Assembly: GCA_019828565.1 (NCBI GenBank)
Contig: JAHDYR010000012.1
Coordinates: 1,483,780-1,547,779 of the forward strand
Direction of reading: 5' to 3'
Origin: Carpediemonas membranifera BICM
Taxonomy: Eukaryota > Protista > Fornicata
DNA: 64,000 nt
Shown: one piece after another, positions 49,020-58,895 of the stretch
How the letters are laid out: every line of letters begins with the position of its first letter
Numbering within the stretch: the stretch's first letter is position 1
The notes under the pieces: generated by a model
Told to the model about the DNA's origin: nothing
Databases searched by the model: none
What the model saw: only the letters and a program-made list of their open reading frames with translations
Program-made: the position numbers and the translations under genes

Positions 49020-49309
49020 CGCTTGCCAAAGTGCACTTTATGTCAAATCAGTCTGAAGGGTGCTCATCTCAGGCCCGGAGTGGCATCCGCGGGGAAGAGG
49101 GCCTGCAACGTCTGCCGTCATCGAGATGGTTGTGCAGAATACGCCATCTTTTTTCACACATCCCTTCGCGACCTCGAATAATCGCTCTCCAAGCACCTCT
49201 GCTGCTATATTTGTGTAAGATGCTCATTTAATACGTCTAGATCACGATTCCTCGCTTTCGCTCTTTCAGTTTCGGTCACTTCTTCGTGCCGAACTAAACA
49301 ACATCAATC

Positions 49310-49600
49310 AGGTGCGCCGGCGGGACCCTGGAGCGGCAACAAGGTAAGTCCGCCACCATCTAATGATGTCAAAATCCTAGCTGTGCGCCACGGCGTCTTC
49401 GGACCCGGGGTATTGCATTGGCCTCTGGCCCTTGCTGCACACCGGGACATCCGCGCCACCTTACACGGCGCGGAACCCGGCTTCTAGCTAGGAGCGCGCG
49501 GGCGGTGTGTGACTGCCGCGCGGACATCAGATGGACCTAGGACAGTGAGCCTAGATGATACACTTGGACGACCCAGCAGCTGCTGGCGGTTGGCGAGTGT
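49310..49600. ncRNA. Candidate structured non-coding RNA, identity unknown
   Basis: nested inverted repeats forming a multibranch fold in an unusually long intergenic gap. Confidence 0.35.
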
Positions 49601-50103
49601 ATGCGGGAGGGCAAGCCCGCGGCGTGGAGCCCTATCTGTGAGTCACACCATGGGAGGTCATTTTCGTCTAAAATTTCCATTTGCCAGAATTGCCCACGTG
49701 TGATGCGAGCCCGCTCTTGCCGCGCACAGTTGCACATTATTCATCGCTCAGCTATCCAAACGTTGACCTGGCTGCAAGGCGCTTGTCGGACCGTTCTTAC
49801 TTATCGTTTTCTAACGACGTCACCGTTTATTGTCTGGACTATTGCTGCCCTCCAGGCAAAGCAGAACGAGCAGAGGAACGCCCATCCAGGCTCGGAAGCA
49901 CCAGCTCGTTTGCTCTCCAACACCATGGGGCCATTGGTCAGCGGGCCGCAGCAGACCCGGACTAAGCAGTGGGGCCGGCCCGGCCAATATGAAGGAACAG
50001 CTGGGCTGCGGGACTTCAGAGAGGGTCTAGGCGGTGAGCTCCCATGGACTTGGCCCGGGTGGCCTGAGACCGCAGGTTAAGGTTAGCACGACCGACCTAC
50101 TAA

Positions 50104-50637
50104 ATGAAACCGGCGAATAGGCATTATGCATCGCCACACAGACAACGGCCACCACAAGTGAATCCTTGGAAGCTCAGGAATACCGGGGCGAAAGCTGCAA
50201 AGCTTCTTAACGCCGGCTACAAGAAGTCAGAGGTGTGCCGGATCCTGGGAATCGACGAGGACTTCTACGACACTATGATGGACCCTAAGGGCAGGAATAA
50301 GCGTAACAAGATGCTCCACCGTGCGAACAAGCTTTCTCAGCAGTCTCGTTCTGTCGTGTTCAATCGAGACACGAGAGTCCGCCTCCCCAAAACCAAGAGC
50401 GCGCAGAACCCGTCTTTATCAGCTGTTTCGTCCCTATCCGAGCTGCAGACCATGTCCGCGTCGATGACTTCACTGCCCAACGCAGTTGATCAGTCGTTCG
50501 AGGTCCAGCTTAACGAACTGAGGATCGTCAGACAGCACGGGTATATAGACCGGCCTCACAGTCACAGAAGGCGCCGGCGCAAGCAGCGTGGCCCTGTCCG
50601 CCGGCTTATGCGGTGGATGCGGTCCTTCATTCCATGA
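50104..50637 (+). CDS. Hypothetical basic protein with a possible short helix-turn-helix
   Basis: 177-aa ATG ORF; AAKLLNAGYKKSEVCRILGI. Confidence 0.5.
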   Translation: MKPANRHYASPHRQRPPQVNPWKLRNTGAKAAKLLNAGYKKSEVCRILGIDEDFYDTMMDPKGRNKRNKMLHRANKLSQQSRSVVFNRDTRVRLPKTKSAQNPSLSAVSSLSELQTMSASMTSLPNAVDQSFEVQLNELRIVRQHGYIDRPHSHRRRRRKQRGPVRRLMRWMRSFIP

Positions 50638-50821
50638 CGGGTGCCCGTGACGTGACGATAAACTACCATAATGGGGGTCTTTCATCGCTGAATTAGCAAA
50701 GGTGGCGGTGGAGCTCTCAGTTTTTAAGGGTGAGCAGTTTAATGCATATCGACAGGAAACTGCTTCTTTGTCCTCGTGGGCGATTAAGCTCTTTTAATAG
50801 CATTCCCACAGGTCAAATTTG

Positions 50822-51451
50822 ATGTCAGGTGCAATCCATAAGGCAAAGAAACCACAGGGTCGGAAGAAGACCCGCTTTTACTGTGAGTTGTGCAAAAAGC
50901 AGTGTAGCGACGCCAATGGCTTCAAGTGTCATACTGAGACAGAGCACCACAAGCAAATGCTTCGCGTCTTCTCCGAAAACCAGGATGCGTACCTCCGCAA
51001 GCTCAGCGGCAAGTTCCACGGCGGCATGATGCGGATCATCTCGACCCGGTACGCCCGCACCGCCGTGCTGATGAACACGGTGTACAACGAGTACATCGGG
51101 GACCCACACCACGTCCATATGAACGCCACCCGGTGGACCTCGTTGTCTGGCTATACCCAGTGGCTCGCGTCGATCGGTATGGTCTGGGCCGAAGAGAGGC
51201 CCGAGGGATGGTATGTGCGGTACATCGACAAGGACCCGACTGCCACTAAACTGCGGCTGGAGGGGGAGGAGCGCGAGAAGGCCAGGGCCAGGGCAGAGAG
51301 GGAGGCTCGGGCAGAGATGGAGGAGCAGCGGCTAGTGGAGGCGGTGGAAGACATCCCGGAAGCTGTTGTGGAGGCAGCTGTGGAGGCGCCCAAAACTATC
51401 AAGAAGGTGCTGAAGCGTGGCAAGAAAGAGAAGAGGGAGGCGCTTTTCTGA
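50822..51451 (+). CDS. KIN17: KIN17/Rts2 DNA/RNA-binding protein (C2H2 finger plus winged-helix-like domain; no C-terminal KOW domains)
   Basis: RFYCELCKKQCSDANGFKCH...H and VYNEYIGDPHHVHMNATRWTSL. Confidence 0.92.
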   Translation: MSGAIHKAKKPQGRKKTRFYCELCKKQCSDANGFKCHTETEHHKQMLRVFSENQDAYLRKLSGKFHGGMMRIISTRYARTAVLMNTVYNEYIGDPHHVHMNATRWTSLSGYTQWLASIGMVWAEERPEGWYVRYIDKDPTATKLRLEGEEREKARARAEREARAEMEEQRLVEAVEDIPEAVVEAAVEAPKTIKKVLKRGKKEKREALF

Positions 51452-51584
51452 GGAGTGAGGGTGTACATATATGCCTAGGGCCAAGTGTGGTCAAGTGACG
51501 CGTATCATGACTCATTTATGCTGACCGTAAATCCTCAGACACACCAAGCAAGACGGCCATCCAGCGATCAAACGTACTTAGCGC

Positions 51585-52938
51585 ATGGGAAAGGAGTCCA
51601 AAGATAGTATACATGATAGATGGACTCTCAATGGATCCGGGAAGACGATTTTATGGGAAGGATGGATCATTAAGCAAGGCGGTCGCATCAAGAATTGGAA
51701 GAAGCGCTGGATGATCCTTGTTGAAGGTATGTTCCCGATCTATTCGTAACACAGGCTCCATCTTCTACTTTGCAAACTCCAGCATCACCGATTTGAAAGG
51801 ATACCTCCCCCTTTGCAACTCCAAGGTGGAGACAGCCACCGAGATGCTCGTGAAGGGCTACGAGACGTTCAACTCGTTCTTCAAGGTAGTCACTGCGACC
51901 AGGACGATGGTAATGTCCGTAGAATCCGCCGACGCCCGGGCCGAGCTCCTTGAACACATCGGGGCGAGCATCAGGGTCGAGGACTACCGCGCAGACTGCT
52001 CCAGACTCGGCGTGACAGCTCTAGCAAGCGTCCTAGACATGCTTCGGGTCCATACGGTGACCAAGGATGCGACGGACAGCCGAGAGTTGGTCCTCGACCC
52101 GAGCACGACTCTGGCGCAGCTTCACTTGGTCGCAAGGCAGATTGTGCAGAGCTCTGTTGTTAGCGACCTGATACTCGACGATATTGAGCTGGGTACGAAC
52201 CACTGCAAGCTCTTGGCAGACGTGCTTTGTGCTTCAGATTCGATCAAAAAGCTCTCTTTGATTGGCTGTAGCCTCGAAGACGACGGCATGGAGCAGCTCG
52301 GCTGCGGTGTCCTGTGCTCCCTAGGCCTGCGTAAGCTCTTTCTCGACCACAACAACCTGACAAACCGAGCCGCCCGGGTCCTTGGCGACGTGCTGCAGGC
52401 TGACCCGTGCCTGGTCACACTCAGCGCCGCCCACAACAAGATAGGCCACGATGGCGCTCATATTGTCACTGCCTTGGGTCAGAACTCGACCCTCCGCCAG
52501 TTAGACCTCAGTTATAACGACATCGGGGACGACGGCGCCATTGCCCTCGCGGATGCCCTCTCCTGCAACGCCAAGGTCACCCACGTCGAGGTGTCGTATA
52601 CAGGGATGACTGAGGCCGGCCTAGCGTACCTCGCTGGCACCCTACCCTTGTCCTCGACGCTGAAGGTGATCGGGTTGGCTGGGGCGGCAATCGATGAGGA
52701 TTCAGCGAGGATTCTGGCTGATTCAGTGCATTATACTCAATCCTTGGAGCGCATCGACATATCAAAGGCGTCTGGCCTGGAGAACTCGGCCGTCATGGCT
52801 GGAGTCGGGGGTTGTCTCGTCGAGGGTGACATCACTGGTCTTAAACTGCTCAAACTGAGGCTCAGAGCAGAGGTCCGCCGGAGACCGGCCCGACCCCTCC
52901 CGGGCCTGCCCCCCACGCCCACTCCGAGGCAGAGGTAG
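51585..52938 (+). CDS. PH-domain plus RNI-like leucine-rich-repeat protein; exons 51585-51726 and 51755-52938
   Basis: EGWIIKQGGRIKNWKKRWMIL PH motif upstream of a 28-nt intron; LRQLDLSYNDIGDDGAIALADAL repeats. Confidence 0.88.
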
Positions 52939-53461
52939 AGGTGGTGGTGGTGAGCTGGGTGTATCATAGTTGGCTTTTGATTGATTAAACCAATCAATTG
53001 TAGTCTGAATTGTCAGGCAGAAAAGAGTAGGAACTACCCAGAGCTCGTGGGGAACGTCAATGGGATCCTGGGCCTCAGAAGCTACTCGTCCTTCATACCA
53101 AGCGACATTCTTCGGAGACCACGCGGGAGCTGAGTGCGGGTTACTGCGTCGTCGTGGAGACGTTCTGCGGGGAGGCCGAGGCGTGGTCAGGTGACTAGTG
53201 GCGACACCGACGTCGAGCGGGATGGACATTGGATGGAGGCGGTGCGGCACTGTTCACGATAGTCGCGGACTATCTTGGCATAACCAGCCCTTGGCGAGGT
53301 TGACACGCACCCGCATGTCGTTGCGCGCTTCGGCGCCGAGGCCGACGTGCTCGCAGAGGCGCCAGATCCAGCACGACTTGTGGTCGTCCGGGTCGGCGCG
53401 CGTGTGTCCACAGCTCGCTTCCAGCAGCTCGAACCGCTAGAGCTGGAGCTCCTTGTCGTGG

Positions 53462-56400
53462 TGTAGTGCTACGTCTTTATGAATCAATCAATACTCTTGA
53501 CCATCATCTTGACCTGGGCGGGTGCAGCTCTTTGGGTCTGCCCCACCACAGCTACCTCCCCTTCCTGAGCGGCAGCCGCACTGACCAAGAACTCGTCCAA
53601 TGCCTTCAGGTCCCGCACCACATAGTATGGCTCCCATGTGGGTACCTGAGGGACCTAGTCAACGAGGTACCCAACCTCGCCGAGCTCGGTGACCCTGTGG
53701 TCACTGATCGCTCGAACCATCTTCTCACCCATGTCGCGTCCGATGAGTTGGACCAGATCCTCGTGTGTCGCGTCCTTGTGCGCCTTGAATGGAATGATGC
53801 GCTCAAAGTGTGTGCCTCGAACCGGCGGATGAGCACGGAAGAACGGAGAGGCTTTATCTGACAAAACTCAACTCAACTCTGCTGGGAACACCACATCCTG
53901 CCCGTCCCCAAGAGCCTTGATAATCTCACGACCCTTAGGGTGGCTGGACAGGGACGCGGCGGGTTCCTCCGTGGTCTCCGATACCGAGAAGCCATCCCAT
54001 TCGATTAAAAATTTGTCCGTGTCTGCGTCGTATGACAAAATACGAGATGGGAGGAACTCCTCACGGTCTCCAGCAGCGAACATGCGCATCTGCTCGAGGG
54101 AGGCGTCGGCCTCGAACGGGCACAATTTGTCCTGGTGGACCGTCCGCTCGGACAGGTCGATGAGGTGTTGGATCGTGACGGCCTTGTTGGGGTCGACCCG
54201 GATGACCTTGAAGGGGCCGAGGGCGCCGTGGAGCTTAGTCTCCCGCTCGTTGTGGAGGAGTACAAAGTCTCCCGCCGTGAATGAAGAGGAGTCGCCTGTA
54301 CGGGTCCTGATGATGCGCTCCTGGCGGCGGACGACTGAACGGCGCAGATTGTTAAGGAAGTTTCCCAGGTCATTCATGTACTCGTCGAGTGAATGCAATG
54401 GCTCAGTCTCTGCGGTCTGCGTTGGCTGCTCGTATGCGAACGGTGCGTTGTCAGGAAAACCGAACAGCAGTTGATGCGGGGTGAACCCAGTGGCTGAGTG
54501 TCGCGTGTGGTTGATGATGTGTTGGACGTATGGTACTATGGGTGACCAGTTGCCATGAGAGTTGAACTTCGCACATAAAAGACGTAGATGGCGTTTCAGC
54601 TCCTTATTGGCGCGTTCCACGACGCCGTTGGAGGCCAGGTGATATGGTAACGTTCTGTGGTGAGTGACCTTGAGGCGGCGTAGGAGTGCGTTCATGACTC
54701 GGTTGACCAACTCGGGTCCATTGTCCGTCCTGATGGTGGTCGGAAGACCGTGACGGCCCATCACCGCCGACCAGATTGCGGCCGCGACTGAATCGGCTGT
54801 GTGGTTGGGTATCGGGGCCAGCTCGATGTAGCGTGTGAACACGTCAATGATCACGAGGATGAAGCGGTTACCCCAGACGTCGCGAGGTAGCGGGCCGACG
54901 GTATCCACCGCCACGGTGTCGAATGGGGCGCGAACCATCGTGGAACCGAGGGCTGACTCGCGAAAACGGGCAAGCCTGGACTTCAGACAGAGGGGGCAGC
55001 GAGACACGTGTGCGCGGCAGTCATTGGACACGTCCGTCCATGTGAATCCCATGGCGTGTAGGTTGGCGCGAGTGGATGTCGCGCCCGCGTGGTATCTGTG
55101 GGCGTCGATCAGGAGGCGTGACTTCAAGTCTGAGGCCGTGTCAGGAATAACTGCAAGGCCATCACGTACGTGTAGACCGGCGGAATTTGTGGGTAGGACG
55201 GTAATTGTGGCGTCCGAGGTTTGCGCCTCGATGACGGCGGTCCTGATCTCGCTGTCGAATGTGACTGACGCCACGAGAGGAGGGCGCGAAAGGCTGTCCG
55301 CGACAACGTTCTCCTCGCCCCTCACGTGCTCTATGGCGAAGGGGTATTCGCCGAGGATCGTACGCCAGCGTGTGAGCTTCCTGTTGCCCTCACTCGCCTT
55401 CACGACCATTGTCACTAGATTCCGATGATCCGTTCTGATGGTGAAAGGCTTCAGCTTGAGTAGGGGGGCCAGGTCTGGGCGGGTGACACAGTGTACTATG
55501 CCGTACAGCTCTTGGTCGACAGTCGCCCAGCGACGTTGGGTGTCAGAGAACTTATGGCCGAAGTACGAGATGGGTTGTTTCGCGTTGTCGTCGTCTAACT
55601 GCCATAGTACGCCCCCACACGCCACGGTGGATGCGTCGGTCTCGAGGACCCACTGCTTGGACAGGTCCGGCAGGGCGAGGACTGTGTCAGCGGTAGCGCG
55701 TCGTTTGAGTTCCTCGTAGGCGGCAGTGTGCGTGTCTCCCCAATCCCGTGTGACGTCTGCGTCGGGCTTCAGCAGTTGGTGCAGAGGGTGTGCCACCTCG
55801 GCTAGTCCGTCGATAAACCTTGCGAGGAAATTGAACTTGCCGAGGGCGCGACGGAGTTCCTTGGCCGTTGTCGGCGGCGGCATGGACAGAAGAATGAAGC
55901 CGAGGGCCTCTGTCTCAGAGGCTCCGAAGGTGCATTTCTCTGCTTTCAAGCGGAGTCGGCATGCCCGTAGGCGCTCTAGGAGATCCCGGGTGATGCGAAG
56001 GTACGCCTCCGGGTCGTCGGAGAAGTTCATGATGTCGTCAACATATACGCTAGTGTTGTCGAGACCGCGCAACGCGTCATCCATCGCCCGCTGGAAGCGC
56101 CCCGGTCGGGTAAACTCGAACTGGCCGCCAGGGACGACGAAGGATGTGAGTGCGATGGCGTCTGGGTGCATGAGGACTTGGTTATACCCCGCCCGGAGGT
56201 CCACGGAGCCGAAGAAGCGGCAACCAGACGCGCTGTTAATGAAGTCGCGCGTGTCCGGCAGAGGGTAAGCGTCCTTGGTCGTGACATCGTTGAGAGAGTT
56301 GTAAGCCACGCATAAACGCTTTTTACCTCCCTTCTTGTCCGCGAGGACGTGAGGAGAAGCGACGGCACTCTGACTAGGACGGATGATACCGTCGTCGAGA

Positions 56401-58140
56401 AGACGTTGGATCTCGTTCTGCACGATTTCAAGGTGACCCTTGATAGGGCGAGGCTTGGCCTTGAGCGTGAACGGTTCGGTCAACTCGATCGTGTAGGGAG
56501 GGAGCGTTGAGACCTCAGGGGGGAGGACGGGGTCGAAGAGTTCTCTGTACTCGTAGATGAGAGCCGCCAGCTTGTCGTGGATGGGGCCAGCGGGAATGGT
56601 GATCTTCTCGAGCTCGGCGGCGATGCGGGTCTCGACTTCGGTGACCGGAACTGCGTCGTCGCGGGTGCTGAGGAAACCAACCGGCTCTATGTCATCGTCG
56701 TCGTCGGGGGCCGCCTCGCTGGGAATGATCAAGGCGGTATCATTGAGAAGGCCGACCTCGCGCAATATGTCACGTCCCAGGAATACCGAGTGGGCGCCGC
56801 CCCGGAGGACTGAGAAGTTCCATTTCAGCGACACTGTCGTGTTGGCACCAGGCATCACGACCTGCATCGGCAGTAGGTCGGCGTCGACGGTCACCTGATC
56901 GGCAACTCGCAGTGTCATTGAGCCGACCGGCTCGTTCCTTCTGCCACTGAGTCCGAGGATTACGTCGCGGGTACCTTCACTGATGCAGGATACTGCCGCA
57001 CCGGTGTCGAGTTCGGCGATCGTCCGGACTCCATCCAGCGTGATGTGGACTCGGATTGGCTCGCGGTCGGGAGCGCTGACTTGGTTGACGGCGTCGACAG
57101 CATGCACGACCATATTCGGAAAAGTCGCTTGACGAGGGTTTGCGCGCAGGTTAGCCGGTCTGGGTGTGGCGTCGGCGGTCTTGGAAGATTCCTTCGGCGT
57201 GACGTTGATCTTGTTCTGTACTAGGGAGCACTTGGAGGGGTCATGGCTACCCCACCGGCCATGGTGGGGGCACCAAGTCATGCCTTCGTACGGCGCGTGG
57301 CTCTTGTCACACCACTTCACCTCGAATGCAGGTGAGATGCTTGAGTCGTCCTTGGAGCCCTTGTTCGACGGAGCGCGCTGTCCTCTGGACTTGCTAGGCT
57401 GTTTGGAGGGTGTAGCGGATTGCTTAGTGGGCGCCGGCTGCTTGGCGTGCACAGCGGGGGACTGTGACAGGACGGGTTGGTGAGCCGGCTGATGAGCGGC
57501 CTGTTTGGCACTGGCCGACTGGGCGACGGGGGACGCAGTCGCCGCGTAGGTGGCTGCGCGGAGTGCGGCCGTCTCGACTGACCTGAGTTCAGCAATGATT
57601 GCCGTGGCGAGCGCCTTGGGCGTGGTGAACTTGCCGAGGACGACCTGTGTATCGTGTACCGCCCGGATGGTGGGGGGTGCGGCGGTCTTGAGGCTTGTCT
57701 GGAACGCCTTGAGTACCGCCTTGGGGGGCAGTGAGGACTGCGGGTCGGCCCAGGTTGAGAAGAGGATGAACTCTGATGAGACCCGTGCTGTGAGGGCGGG
57801 CAACTCCTTGCCGGGGGCCCGCCGGTCGGTCCATAGCTGCGCAGCTTTGTTGCTGAGCTGTTGGAGTAGCACGGCCTGGTCAGCCACTGGGAATGCAGCT
57901 GCGACCGTCGCCTTCACGTTGGCGAGGTCGGCCGCGCATGCTGTGAGTTCAGCGGTCAGAGCTGTGGGAGTCTGCGGCGGCATAGCGGCGCGAATGGCCC
58001 ATGCTGTGTGCAGGGGCACTATAGGCGCGAAGCGCGCGTCGAGGTTGAAATGCTGGAGCCATCGCGACAGCGACGCGAGGATGCTCTCAGCTGTGGGAAA
58101 CGCGAGATTCTTGACCGAAGTAGCTATAGCGAGCGCGAAA
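53462..58140 (-). mobile_element. Ty3/Gypsy element G, defective: 3' LTR 53462-53550; gag-PR-RT-RNase H-integrase-chromodomain ORF to 53868 plus a second chromodomain; 5' LTR missing
   Basis: ELDTGAA, YVDD, ETDAS, TDNGPE; PPT GGAAGGGGAGGTAGC; in-frame deletions in RT; 5' boundary approximate. Confidence 0.9.
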
Positions 58141-58895
58141 CAGTACCATCGCGCGTCAGCTGAGGCAGCCATACAGCTCGCCAAGGCGAGAGCTCAAGCT
58201 ATGAAGGAAGACGCGTGGTCGAAAGCGGCCTCATCACGGACTGAGATTCTCAGCAGGTTCGTGTTAGTCAAATACCCCGCTAGACCCCCAGACAAGCTAT
58301 CCCCCGGCTGGCGCGGCCCAATGAGACGCGTCAACTGTATCAAGCAAGACGGTATCCCCGTAGCTTATGAGGTCCAAGACCTCACTGAGGGCAAGAGGGG
58401 CAAGACAATCAAGGTCGACGCAGCCAGAGTACGCAAGTTCAACCCAGGCACGCTATCAGAGTCGCAGATCAGGCAGATCGCCGCCACGGCGTTGGACGAG
58501 TACGAGACCGATCGCATATCGGACGATAGGGGCGCAGGGCCGGTCACGAAACGAGAGTACCTCGTGCACTGGCTCGGGTTTGAAGACGACGAAGCGACAT
58601 GGGAGCCGTACGCTAACGTCAAGAAGACCGAGGCCCTTGAATTGTTCCTGAAGAAGAGCTAAGACATTTACAAGTGCCTGGTGACCGGGGTAAAGGGCAC
58701 ACACACACAAGATCGTTTACTTGAACCAAGACGAGGGGCAGTGCTTAGTCAGCTTGTGAGCCCGGAGGAACTCGCGAGTGATGTCCAGTCGAGCCAACTC
58801 TCGGTCGACCGCGACGATGGAAAGCCCCGGGAAGCCAACGTAGGCGATGAACAACAGAAGGACGCCTTCGCGGTTGAAGTCGTGGCCGACGATGG
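58141..58895 (+). mobile_element. 3' fragment of chromovirus H (integrase GPY/F tail plus chromodomain, stop 58662), followed by a convergent antisense ORF end
   Basis: VKYPARPPDKLSPGWRGPM...YLVHWLGFEDDEATWEPY, homologous to the tails of D and I. Confidence 0.8.

Noticed and set aside
52979-53461. Possible additional element or gene fragment flanking the G LTR
   Set aside because: Coding-like composition but no recognisable motif, LTR pair or intact ORF; it cannot be called.
58728-58760. GACGAGGGGCAG-TG as PPT plus 3' LTR of element H
   Set aside because: The following sequence is GC-rich and reads as a minus-strand ORF, with no LTR-like end; probably coincidental, though not excluded.
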